From assembly GCA_951406725.2 (NCBI GenBank), contig OX597829.1, forward strand, positions 27,714,001 to 27,778,000: a DNA stretch of 64,000 bases. The letters are read 5' to 3'. The translations under genes were made by a program, and so were the position numbers. This document shows positions 39,727-52,195 of the stretch, piece after piece; position 1 is the stretch's first letter, and each line of letters begins with the position of its first letter. The notes beneath the pieces are model-generated. The model was given only the letters and a program-made list of their open reading frames with translations. It was not told the DNA's origin and did not search any database. The DNA comes from Octopus vulgaris (Eukaryota).

Positions 39727-40131
39727 TACTCTCTCTTTTACTTGTTTCAATCATTTGACTGCGGCCATGCTGGAGCACCGCCTTTTAATCGAGCAAATCG
39801 ATCCCGGGACTTATTCTTTTTGTAAGCCCAGTACTTATTCTATCGGTCTCTTTTTGCCGAACCGCTAAGTGACGGGGACGTAAACACACCAGCATCGGTT
39901 GTCAAGCAATGCTAGGGGGACAAACACAGACACACAAACACACACATATACATATATATACATATATACGACGGGCTTCTTTCAGTTTCCGTCTACCAAA
40001 TCCACTCACAAGGCTTTGGTCGGCCCGAGGCTATAGTAGAAGGCACTTGCCCAAGATGCCACGCAGTGGGACTGAACCCAGAACTATGTGGTTGGTAAAC
40101 AAGCTACTTACCACACAGCCACTCCTGCGCC
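39727..40131 (-). mobile_element. Young SINE A copy
   Basis: Family A consensus. Confidence 0.92.
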
Positions 40132-40226
40132 TGATTTTTTTTCTTTTTAAACTGAGACATATACAGTCGACCTCGGCGAAAATTTGAACTCAGAACATAG
40201 CGGCAGACGAAATACATATACACGTA

Positions 40227-40638
40227 GGCGCAGGAGTGGCTGTGTGGTAAGTAGCTTGCCTACCAGCCACATGGTTCTGGGTTCAGTCCCACTGCGTGGC
40301 ATCTTGGGCAAATGTCTTCTGCTATAGCCTCGGGCCGACCAATGCCTTGTGAGTGGATTTGGTAGACGGAAACTGAAAGAAGCCTGTCGTATATATGTAT
40401 ATATATATGTGTGTGTGTGTGTGTGTATGTTTGTGTGCCTGTGTTTGTCCCCCTAGCATTGCTTGACAACCGATGCTGGTGTGTTTACGTCACTTAGCGG
40501 TTCGGCAAAAGAGACCGATAGAATAAGTACTGGGCTTACAAAGAATAAGTCCCGGGGTCGATTTGCTCGACTAAAAGGCGGTGCTCCAGCATGGCCGCAG
40601 TCAAATGACTGAAACAAGTAAAAGAGTAAAAAAGAGTA
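40227..40638 (+). mobile_element. Young SINE A copy
   Basis: Family A consensus. Confidence 0.92.
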
Positions 40639-40968
40639 TACCGGCATGGCTGTGTTGTAAGACGTTTGCTTTCCAACCACATAGTTCCAAGTCTAGTTCC
40701 ACTACCTGTCACCTACTATAGCCGACGGAAACTTAAAGAAGACCGTCGTGCGTGCGTGCGCGCGTATGTGTGTGTGTGTATGCTTGGAAATGGATGCGTG
40801 GCGTTCAATCAAACAGCAACAACAACAACAATAATAATAAAAATATGTATGTATATATATATATTGATAGAAATGGCAAGACAACAAAAGAATGAAAGAA
40901 ACTTCGATATTATGTAAAAAGAGGAATTTATCTGTAAATATAATATGTGACAATTATTCGGTAGCCTT

Positions 40969-41029
40969 GATAAAACTCCGAATTTCGGATGTCGAGGCGG
41001 AAACCCACGCCGGCATCTCTTCGGGTATC
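40969..41029 (-). ncRNA. Hammerhead-like motif (U4C variant) in a (TA)n-flanked module (40860-41080)
   Basis: GATAC-CCGAAGA-GATGCCGGCGTGGGTTTCCGCCTCGACATCC-GAAA-TTCGGA-GTT-TTATC; GC-rich stem II, short stems I and III. Confidence 0.55.
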
Positions 41030-41077
41030 GGGCCATCGAAAAAAAAATGCTATGAAAATGACCGTTAAAACAAAGGG

Positions 41078-41136
<59 letters not shown>

Positions 41137-41182
41137 AATATATTTATAAATATATATATATATATATATATGTATATGGATC

Positions 41183-41557
41183 GACGCAAGAGTGGCTGTG
41201 TGGTAAGTAGCTTGCTTCCCAACCACATGGATCCGGGTTCAGTCCCCACTGCGTGGTATCTTGGTCAAATGTCTTCTACTATAGCCTCAGGCCGACCAAA
41301 GCCTTGTGAGTGGATTTGGTAGACAGAAATTGGAAGAAGCCCGTCGTATATATATAAATGTGTGTGTATTTGTGTGACTATATTTGTCCCCCCACCATCA
41401 CTTGACAACCGATGTTGGAGCGTTTACGTCCCCGTAAACTAACGGCCTTTAGAATAAGTACTAGGCTTACAAAGAATAAGTTCTGGGGTCGATTTGTTTG
41501 GCTACAGGTGATGCTCCAGCATGGCTACAGTCAAATGACTAAAACGGGAAAAAAAAA

Positions 41558-41560
<3 letters not shown>
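41183..41560 (+). mobile_element. SINE A copy
   Basis: Family A consensus with a small deletion. Confidence 0.85.
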
Positions 41561-41618
<58 letters not shown>

Positions 41619-41692
41619 GTTCGGCAAGAAAAGCCGATCGAATAAATACCAGGCTTTAAGAGAAGTACTACGGTTGGTTTGTTCGACTAAAC

Positions 41693-42023
41693 CAGGGATA
41701 CTCAACCAATTTTTTTAATCTATGGACCCCTTTTGATTATTATTTTATTCTGGTAACCCCAATAACCATTTCATGATTAAAAACTACTTTTATAGAAACT
41801 TCTTTCAAAATTTCTATTTTTGCTTTTTTACACAAACTTATTATATTGGTTGAACTATGTAAAATGTTAGAGAAAGACACTTAGTAGCTGCCTCTTGCAA
41901 ATACATACGAATACATACGTCTAAAGCACAAATTTTTCAGGAGTCCTTAAAATACTATGGTGGATCCCCAATTTACTTGTTTCGTTATGTGGACCCCCAA
42001 AAGTTTCATATGGACCCCGGTTG
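41693..42023. mobile_element. hAT MITE (family of 12533-12860) inserted in a SINE A tail
   Basis: GACTAAAC|CAGGGATACTCAACC; collinear with 12533-12860; right TIR partly lost; SINE tail resumes at GCTAAATC.. Confidence 0.75.
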
Positions 42024-42429
42024 GCTAAATCTTTCAATGCGAAGCCCCACCATGGTCGGAGTCTCACGACTGAAATAAAAGATAAAGCGCGCGTGTGTGT
42101 GTGTGTGTAGTATGTGTGCGCGTGCGCGCGCTTTGATGTTCTGAAATTAAATTTAATAAATAACGACTAAGACGTTTTGCCCTACAGCAGAAGCTGCAAG
42201 TCGCGATTTGAGATGGTGACAAAAGCTCAAGGAATTAGGATTTAATGAGAATATCGATTGACCTGGTCACCTCCTAGAAATAACAACCAAATCTCCATCA
42301 GCTTACACCTTATCATCTTAAAATATGTGTGTGTAAAATATCTATAATTTGCTGGATTAGGACAAACTCGTGGTTAAACAATCATATCAGGGTCTATGTT
42401 CTTGAAATCGTTTGTAAATCTAGAGAAGT

Positions 42430-42824
42430 TCTTTTACTCTTTTATTTGTTTCAGTCATTTGACTGTGGCCATGCTGGAGCACCACCTTTTTAGTCAAGCA
42501 AATCGACTCCAGGACTTATTCTTTGTAAGCCCAGTACTTATTCTATCGGTCTCTTTTGCCGAACCGCTAAGTGACGGGGACGTAAATACACCAGCATCGG
42601 TTGTCAACCGATGTTGGGGGACAAACAGACGCACAAACATATATATATATATACATATATACGACGGGCTTCTTTCAGTTTCCATCTACCAAATCCACTC
42701 ACAAGGCATTGGTCGGCCCGAGGCTATAGTAGAAGACACTTGCCCAAGGTGCCACGCAGTGGGACTGAACCCGGAACCATGTGGTTCGTAAGCAAGCTAC
42801 TTACCACACAGCCACTCCTACGCC
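42430..42824 (-). mobile_element. SINE A copy
   Basis: Family A consensus. Confidence 0.9.
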
Positions 42825-43474
42825 TGAAGTGGAGGGATTTTTTTCTTTACCCCGCAACAAATTTTTCTTTATTTTCATCAATACTGTTACGTTGCCGAAT
42901 GTGGGTCTTTAGTTTCGTCTATAATAACTTTCTGGTAATCTTGTTTATTTATACTATACGTAAATATTACAGAACATTTAGGTCTCAGAGAATTTGTTTT
43001 TGTTCTGCAGTAATATACAAATTTATTGTAAATGAAAGTTGCCTGTTATCTTAACCACTGTCTTGTGTATGAAACACAAGTGATTTTTTTGGTTTTTATT
43101 TTCCTTCTAATGTTTACTTAAAATGAACCGCCAATCTAGCAATGGACTAGCGTTTGCAGAGGGGGTTTCTAACATTTTTGATTTAATCTGAAGCGTTTAT
43201 GTATGCACGTACATGCATGCATGTACATTCTAGTTGTGGTCATTTTGTTTTTTCTTATATAATATATAAAATAGTACTCAATGTGTCTTTCCTTTTTAGA
43301 CAATAAGGGTGTGGTTTTCTGAGGTATTTGACTGCTATTTCTAGCAGATATCTGCATATTTTTATAAGTCGGAGCATCATTACCATATATACTTGTTTGT
43401 GTGTGTGTGTTCGTTCAAAAATTACGAAGAAAATAACATATTGTGCATATTTATATTATCAAATGTAACATATA

Positions 43475-43885
43475 GGCGCAGAAGTGGCTGTGTTGTAAGT
43501 AGCTTGTTTACCAACCACATGGTTCCGGGTTCAGTCCCACTGCGTGGCACTTTGGGCAAGTGTCTTCTACTATAGCCTCGGGCCGACCAAAGCCTTGTGA
43601 GTGGATTTGGTAGACGGAAACTGAAAGAAGCCTGTCGTATATGTGTATATATATATATATGTGTGTGTCTATGTTTGTGTGTCTGTGTTTGTCCCCCTAG
43701 CATTGCTTGACAACCGTTGCTGGTGTGTTTACGTCCCCGTCACTTAGCGGTTCGGCAAAAAACAGACCGATAGAATAAGTACTGGGATTACAAAGAATAA
43801 GTCCCGGGTCGATTTGCTCGACTAAAAGCGGTGCTCCAGCATGGCCGCAGTCAAATGACTGAAACAAGTAATAGAGAGAGAGAGT
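43475..43885 (+). mobile_element. SINE A copy
   Basis: Family A consensus. Confidence 0.9.
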
Positions 43886-45324
43886 GTGTATATATATATA
43901 CACGCGCACACACAAATGTCAAAGGTGTGTAGTAACTTTCTTCCCTGGAGATTAACCAAATTTTATTAAGTGACTAAGTTTCGATGGGATCACTTAATGT
44001 TGGATAGACAGTGTCGGTCCCAACTTGGCTATAATCATTTTGCTTGGATCTGTAAAAGAGTACAGTGAACTATTTGTTTTCCTTTCCTTTGCAAACCCAT
44101 TTACTACTAGCTTCCTTTTTCCCTTATTTTGTATACGAGGCAAGATAAATTTGTATATCTAAGCGCGTTATTTCTTACATGTCGTTCAACTGTAAAGTTT
44201 GAGCAGAACTATGATTAAAGATATTCTAGTTTATAGCCATCATTTATAGTCCAGAATTACCTATGTCTTTTCAATGATTTGAGGGAAATTTAGCTGCAAT
44301 TGGCAGTGGGTCGAAGTGCCACATAAAGTTCCCCATTGACCTGGGGAATGTTATGTGAATGTAAGCATTCACTCTAATTATAAATATAAAATGCTAAAAA
44401 TAGAACCGCTAAACAATTGAATCACCCTCAAATCACATTCTTAAAAAGTAAGAAGCTTTGTTGTAGATATATATATATAAACGCGATGGTCACTGATCGA
44501 ATATCTTTGATCATAAGTTCAGTTGCTCAAGCTTGACAACAATAAATTTTATTTTCGATTTCTAAATGCCCAACATATTAAATGCGGAACTGCCATATTG
44601 GCTCCACATGTGAAACAGTAAGACATTAAGAGGGAATTTCAGACACACACACACTGGAAAATCAAATATATATAATAAAAAAAAAACGGAAAAACAACAA
44701 GTCAAAAGGACGTATACAGCAGATGTATTAGATTGGCGCCAGAGAAGGTTTAATATGGAAAAAAAAGAGAGGGTGTGACGTCTCAAGCATGACTCGTCAG
44801 AAAAAGGAAAGAGGGAAAAGTTCAAGTTCAGAGAGGAGGCAAAGAATAGTCCGAGAAAAGTACATGTATCGTTCGTTACATGGCTGAAGTGTCCAGAAAT
44901 GGAGAGAGAGATTAAAAAAAAAAAAAGTGTATTTCGAAAGCAGGAGAATGCAAAAATGGCCGGTGTGTGTGTATGTGTGTGATATTATCTGTGTGCATCT
45001 GGGTTTGTGCTTATGTGAGTGATGTGTGCGTAAAGGAATGAAGTGAACAGGTTAGTAGTAGGAGTAGAAGTAAGACTAGAGGTGGATGGACGTATGGTCA
45101 AGAGGCGAGGTGACGTGGGTGTGTGTGTGTGCGCGTATGAATGTGTGTATCGGTGTGGGTGAAGAGGTTTTTTTTGTTTTTTTTTTTTTGTACATGCTTA
45201 GGATACAGAAACGTGTACGTACGGTAGATATTTATGCAGTGTGTGTGTGGGTGTATACATATATATAGATGGATGGATGTCTGTGTGTACTCACATATAT
45301 ATGCATTATCGATATTATATCCTG

Positions 45325-45530
45325 TGCGAAGGCGCGTGTTTTAGTGGTTAGGGCATTTGGCTCACGATCGTAAAGTCGCGAGTTCAATTCCCGGCGACAC
45401 ATTGTGTCCTTGAACCATACACTTTATTTCACGTTGCTCCAGTGCATTCAGCTGGCGGGAATGCTAAATCTCCCTGAGAACTGCGTTAAGGGTTACACGT
45501 TAATTTCACGTGCAAGCTGTTCCGTTGATC
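45325..45530 (+). mobile_element. tRNA-derived SINE with a different head and a family C type-1 tail (deleted)
   Basis: TAGTGGTTAGG..GAGTTCAATTCC head, TTGTGTCCTTGA..CACTTTATTTCACGTTGCTCCAG, then GAGAACTGCGTTAAGGG..TTAATTTCACG..GCTGTTCCGTTGATC. Confidence 0.65.
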
Positions 45531-45569
45531 ACTTCGTCTGCCACTAGGTTCTGAGTTCAAATTCCGCTA

Positions 45570-45983
45570 GTTGTCAGAGATCATGAAGAAAAAAAATGCT
45601 TTCTAATTGATGTATCAATACCAGCAGATGACAACGTTTCTCTAAAAGAAATAGAGAAACTTTCAAAATACAAAGACCTGGAAATAGAGGTAACTCGAAT
45701 GTGGAATCTAAAAACAGAAACAATTCCTATCATAGTAGACGCATTAGGTATGATAAAAAAATATATGTTAAATACATAACAAAAACACCAGGACTTACAA
45801 ATATATATAACATACAGAAAATTGCACTACTGGGCACTGCACACATCCTACACGAAACACTTTCAATACAGTAACCACAAGAGCATCGCAGCAAACCACA
45901 GCACATACCCAAGGCACACAGAGCTGCGCTCGCTAGTGAAGTGAAAGCACGTGATAAAAATAAAACTACTGAATGATAATAAT
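45570..45983 (+). mobile_element. Dong/R4-clade non-LTR retrotransposon 3' end: restriction-like endonuclease C-terminus + 3'UTR + (AAT)n
   Basis: VVRDHEEKKCFLIDVSIPADDNVSLKEIEKLSKYKDLEIEVTRMWNLKTETIPIIVDALG, frameshift, KYITKTPGLTNIYNIQKIALLGTAHILHETLSIQ* (stop 45872-45874). Confidence 0.9.
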
Positions 45984-46359
45984 AGGCTTCTGATCTTAAT
46001 TGATTGAAGTGTTATCATGTACAGCATTTTGTCTTGGTATAAAAGATGGGCTACAACAAATATTCTGCTCAATTCACCTTTGGAAACATGGGTGGTTCGT
46101 TCAACATATTTAAACAATCCTTATTCGGGGTCCTTTTGAGCGGGATGGGCTACTCGACCAGAAGAAAATTCTAACTAGGCCTCTGCAAGGTCATGTGCTG
46201 TTTATCTTGATATGAGATCGTTATGTCGTGCACATATAGTTGTGATGCATGTATGTGTCTGGTGTACCCTTATCAGACGGGTAGTCATAATGAGTATACT
46301 GGGCTTCGTATATTTTACCCCTGTGTCAACTTTGATGGCATGCACTGCTCTTTCACTCA

Positions 46360-46397
<38 letters not shown>
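45984..46397 (+). mobile_element. Family D copy, internally deleted, directly after the Dong tail
   Basis: Homology to 8467-8982; (AAT)n on both sides. Confidence 0.75.
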
Positions 46398-46400
<3 letters not shown>

Positions 46401-47573
46401 CTGACGTACTTCACATGAAGAGTTTCAAGAATAAAACAAAAGCTACGTGCTATTTGGTTTGCTGGACTGATAGTGTAAAAGAGACCAAATAGCCTCAAGT
46501 ATTATGACTGAAAGTCACTAATTAAATGTCATTAAATGGAAATATGGCAATGTTTCGGTATTAATATATGACGTCGGTCATGAGTGTGTGGGGGTGCGAG
46601 TGTGTATTTCGCTGTTTCAACACTGTTGGGCTGATGAAACATTGTCACACACACTCATGTCAGACTTTTATCGAAAGGCTGCCGGAAATGTGTTAATTTG
46701 ATATTCTCTTCGATTAAAAATTCTCAAGGCCATTCATGATACAACCAATTTATAGCGTGTTTATAGAAGTGTGGGTAGTATGATTATTATTTTATTTGTA
46801 GGCCTTTCAAAGTTACTTTATCAACTTCGTCAAGTTAAAACAAAAGTGTTGCTTTTAAAACAAGTAAGAGCTTTAAATAAATGAAATTGAAAATAAAATA
46901 TTCACAAGCATTTATTAAGTCATTTCCCTTACTCGTTTTGCCTCAGTCTAGTTTTGTATTTTCCCCAGATTTTTTTTCAACTATCAGTCCTGCAGACATA
47001 AGTACCTAAAATCAAAGATCGCCAAAAGATGATTTGTAGTAAACACTATTGATAAAGTATACTTTTTTTTTTGGGTATAATATATATACTCTAACTTCTT
47101 AGTATAATTATTACGTTTAAGAAAATTACCGATAACGCGTATTTTACACGGTTCACTTTTTTTTTTCTGCCATGATCAAGTATTTAGTTTGGATTTTTTA
47201 AAGTTAAAAAAATATTTTTTTAAAATCCATTGCCTACGTAAATACTCTCGTGGTACGCTCACTAAACAACCTGAAAGCTCAGCATGTTAGTTAGGTTCAT
47301 CATAAATAGCTACAAGTGATAACTGAATTAATATGATACGTTAACCACAAATATTTCATATTATTCAAATTTCTGCTTCAAAAATTTAAAACCCGTACAA
47401 AGATTGAAGAAAAAAAATACTTTAATACTTCACCATCTCTTAAACACTTCGACTGACTTACGCAAACACACCTGCAGACACAGAACTAACATTTCAAGTA
47501 TGATGTCTGGGACAACTGGAAAACTTCAGTTTGAAGTCATTACAGTGGATTCTCCATATTTTGTAAGCAGCAC

Positions 47574-47869
47574 TTTTTTTTTTATGCGCCCTTTTCAAAC
47601 CTATCCAGGCTCATGGCCCCGGTTTCCCGGTTTCTGTAGCGTATGTGCCCCCACCCCAACTGGACGGGACGCCAGTCCATCGCAGCGTTACTCAAGAAAC
47701 AGGAAGAAAGAGTGAGAGAAAATTGGGGCGAAAGAGTACAACAGGGGTCGCCACCACCCCCTGCCGGAGTCTCGTGGAGCTTTTAGGTGTTTTTGCTCAA
47801 TAAATACACCGGTCTGGGAATCGAAACCGCGAGTCCGCTGCCCTAACCACTGGGCCATTGCGCCTCCAC
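47574..47869 (-). mobile_element. SINE with family C head and tail type 2 (V-domain-like)
   Basis: Head as 24858; tail CTGCGATGGACTGGCGTCCCGTCCAG..AAACCGGG..poly(A); TSD GTAAGCAG(C/T)AC at 47563-47573 and 47871-47881. Confidence 0.85.
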
Positions 47870-47973
47870 AGTAAGCAGTACTACAGGCCAACAGACGAAA
47901 CATAACACTGTGTGCAGTGTATCCTCTGTGTCTCATTTGCAGTTACACTGACTGAAGTCTAATCAAGAATTAA

Positions 47974-48199
47974 CCCTTTATTATTTAAATCTGCATGTCT
48001 GACCTAAATATTCTTCCTTTTTTATGTCCAAACCAGCCAGATTTAAGCCTCTCACACCTATCAATAATATCATTCTAAAACTCGTAATCACACCATCAAA
48101 ATCTCAAAGCTACAAGACAGATAGATAATGCATGATTAATTCAAAAGAATGTGAATAAATAAGCATTATGTTTGATAGAGTAATCTGAATGCCAAAGGG
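47974..48199. mobile_element. piggyBac-type MITE (degenerate)
   Basis: TTAA|CCCTTT ... AAAGGG|GTAA. Confidence 0.6.
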
Positions 48200-48644
48200 G
48201 TAAATATCTTGGCAATAATGTGAATCATAAACCTCTCAGTTGGTTGTCTGTATTATATATATGTATATTATTCAATTAATTGATCATCCATGCACTTATC
48301 ACCTTTGATGTGATAGGTACACCATCTAACTTAATACCACCATCATCACCACTACCTGCACCATCACCACCACCACCACTGTCACCACCAGCCTGGTCTT
48401 TGGATGTTTTAGTGCAGTTAGCTATGTCGCAATAATTTGGACCAAGCCCTCTTCTACTCTGCTCCCCATCCCTTCCTCGCTCAGTCCTAGCTTTTCTTTT
48501 GGGTGTTCATTCTGGACAAGCAACTTTACCAGAAAGGGAGCACCCTGGAAAAAGATATTGGATACTATCTCTGCCCTTCCTTATCTTATAAAAGAGAGTG
48601 AGAAAGAGAAAGAGTGAGAGAGTAAGGGAAAAAGAAAGTATAAA

Positions 48645-51600
48645 CTAAATTCCTTGTTCAAATTTTGTTAGCATCAATTCTTTACAGGTCGTCTCTGAAA
48701 TTAGTTATGGTTAAATTAATAATTTAGGAATAAGGAACTCAGTGGGTGGGTGGGGGAGGTTTTTCAAGCAGCTTGTGCTCAGGAGGCAAAACGTGAAATT
48801 AATGAAAAATTCTGAATTCTTCAGTTTTACCAGCAGTTTTAACCAGTTATTTTCTATTCTACTACAGATGTAAGTTTTATGAGTGATTTATTCTAAATAT
48901 CGGTTCACCGAACATCAGTGTAGGGAAGAACAGTTGTTTTCCATGGATGCAAACAATAATCTATAATGATATGTGGTGCGGAAGAATATTCTATTCTATT
49001 CCAATGAGTACAGTGGTGGTGGTGGTGGTGGTGGTGGCAGTGGTAGAAACAACAACAATAGTGGTGGTGGGGTTTGCGACAGCGATGGCAATGGCAATGG
49101 TAGTAGTAGCAGCAGTGGTGATGTTTGTTGTTGTTATTGTTGTTGTTGTTGGTGGTGGTGGTTTAACAAAACTCTTGTAAATTATGTCTTTATGTCATCA
49201 AATTGTAAGAGGAGCTACATATCTTGTTGTTTTTTAACCCTAGGTCAGCATTAATTTAGCATACCCATGATCAAAAATACTCCAGCTTTTGTCCATCACA
49301 TCTTTTATTTAATTTTTTTTTTTTTTTGCAGACATCTAGAACTAGATTATTCAATGTGTCCTTTCCTTTCCTTTTGTCTTTTTTTTTTTTTTTGAAGACA
49401 GTGTTATGATTTAAGGAAGACTGTGCTGCTATTTCTAACACTAACATCCACATAAAGTCACCAAACCTCCTCATTAGCTCATATAAACCATAAAATTGAG
49501 GCACTTAACATTTCTCATGGTTAACAATGCCATACAATACCAAACCAGTGATCCAGCAAGCTTGGGACTAGATGTGTCCCAGATTTCCAGTTCTCTGGAG
49601 ACAGTCTATATACTTAAAATATGAAATAAGCTATGAAAAATAAAGAGCTAAATCGTATTTAACAGATTCACATTAATACACTTCTAAGGCAAGGCTTGGT
49701 CAATATTTATTAATCCGCTTAGAAATTCTTTAAATATATCATACTATACCTTATATACTATATGTTTATAGGAGGTAAATTACATGAAGAAACGTAAAGA
49801 ACATGTTTTTATTTAACATATGGTGCACCTGAGCTTGTGGTGCACCTGAGCACTGTATACAATAATTTCATTATTATTATTATTATTTAAATTAATATAC
49901 AATTCTAAAGCAGAGTATGTGTAGTCATTATCAGTCCATTTGAAAAGATAAAGAACAAAAATATTTTTAACACATCAGATGCCAATTAACGAAATTAAAA
50001 AACAGGTTCTGTTTATTCTGCGGCCATGCTGGAGCACCACCTTTTGGTCAAAGAAATTGACCCCAGGATTTTGTAAGCCTGGTACCTATTCATTCTACTG
50101 GTCTTTTTTGCTGAAAAAAGCATGTGGTTGGAAAACAAACTTCTTACCACACAAGCATGCCTGCTCCTGTTTGGTAACTTATACTTTGTTGTACTATTTA
50201 TGGCAGTCAGTCTTCTGGCTGAACCAAGAAAACTAGTTTTCCAAATAGCTAATTAGTATCATCTGTTAGTCAGAACTCTTGACAGAAACATCACCATTTT
50301 TCGGTGATGGAATAAGATTTGAACATAGAATGTACAAGGCTGCGACAGAGGTTGCAATGCATCTCATCCTAGACTCAAACAATTCAAACAACCTTTCTGA
50401 TAATCTTGTAAAGTTGATCTCAGCTGGATTTGAACTCAGTATGCAAAGAATGAGAACAAATACCACAAGGCATTCCATCTAACATTCTAAGATCCCTGCT
50501 TGTATTGGGTTGTCTGGAAAGTTCATGCCGATTTATAGTAGCTTACCTTTCGACTTATTTTAGAACATGGTTGAGTCCATAAAATAGGATTTGACTACAC
50601 CACCATTTACAGCACAGTTTATGCTATCTTTTCATGGAAGAAGGTTTATGTTCCTATAACCTGTGTTAATTCTGTAACCCTTTAAAATGTAAGATAAGAA
50701 AGTTCATTTTCGGCACTTGATGCTTTGGGAACCAGACAAAAATTGCTGCAGCTCGGCTGGGATGTGTTACCCCACCCTCCATATTCACCAGATATTGCTC
50801 CTTCGGATTTCCACTTATTCAGGTCTCTGCAGAATAGTCTTAATGGTAAAAATTTCAATTCCTTGGATGACGTAAAAAGATACCTTGATGAACTCTTTGC
50901 CATGAAACCACCTCAATTCTGGGAAGAGGGTATTTTCAAGTTAAAGGAAAGATGGAGATGCATTGTGCAACAAAAAGGTTCATATTTGGTTGATTGAAAA
51001 TGTAATGGCAAGTATTTATTGACCTTTTTCTTTCCTTTAAAAATCGGCACAAACTTTCGGACAACCCACTATTACTGATATTTGTAGTTACATACATGAA
51101 AGCCTCTAAGCCAACAGGAGGACTCCACTACATAGTTGTTTGGCCATTAACCCTTTCGTTACCATATTTATTTTGAGATGTTCTGTGTTTTGTTCAATTA
51201 ATTTTAAATATAACAAAGAATTTAGTGAAATAACTTAGTTATCATTCAGCTAGTGTTAGGAACATAAATTGTGACTAAGGTTTGGTGGAAGATTTTAATT
51301 CCAAACTTATGAAAACAAGACATTTGTATTACAGAGCCAGAGCTGGTTTCAACCGTGTTGGTATTGAAAGGGTTAACATGAAAAGGAGGGGACCATTCAT
51401 TCAATATTACTGCAAATCATCAGTTAAAATTTGTTTTTTTCTGTTTACTAAGGAAAAAAAAAAATCGATATTGAAACAAAAAAAATGTATTTGTAAACTT
51501 TGCTGATATTTCCCAAAACCTTGTGTGTTTTCCTCAGATTTATTCCAAGCATTAGTTTTGTTATTTTTTGTTTTGTTTTTTAATCATGAAACAATATCAT

Positions 51601-51669
51601 ATACAATAATCAATATATTAGAAAATAATATATTGACATAAGAAATATACATGTAATAACATATATATA

Positions 51670-51704
<35 letters not shown>

Positions 51705-52158
51705 ATGTATGTATCTAATAACTTTCTTTGCTTCCCTTTTTGGTTGTTATAAAATTTTGCTTCCCATTTTGGTTGTTTTTAATACTCATTTTTATCATAA
51801 CACACACACATACATGCATGCACATGCTTGACTATATGTGTATTTCTGTGTTCATATGACTGTGTATGTATGTACATATTTGCATGTTTGTCTCCCTGCA
51901 TAGGTACATATACATGCTCATGCACATCTGTGCTCACACACACACACTCACACATATATCACTATCATTTAACATCTGTCTTCCCTGCTGGCATGGGTTG
52001 GATGATTTGACAACAGCCAATCTAGAGGACTGCTGTGTTGAACTCCAAAGTCTATTTTGGCATGTTTTTTTTTAATGGATGGTCAGCCTTCCTAACCCCA
52101 CTCACTTTAACAAGTGTACCAGGAATATACATACAAATACATATATATATATGACTAG

Positions 52159-52195
<37 letters not shown>

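Noticed and set aside
44771-44806. Minus-strand CTGACGA-GTCATGCTT-GAGAC-GTC
   Set aside because: GAAA mutated to GAGA and stem I absent; counted only as a probable relic.
46545-46665. CTGATGAAACATTGTC with CATGAGTGTGTG/CACACACTCATG inverted repeat
   Set aside because: The two core boxes overlap with no stem II; at best a collapsed relic.
48947-49254. Gly/Val/Asn-rich ORFs
   Set aside because: Mixed (GGT/GTT/AAC)n trinucleotide tract.
50725-50997. SETMAR-like host gene
   Set aside because: Lies within TIRs and TA TSDs of a deleted mariner; no SET domain.
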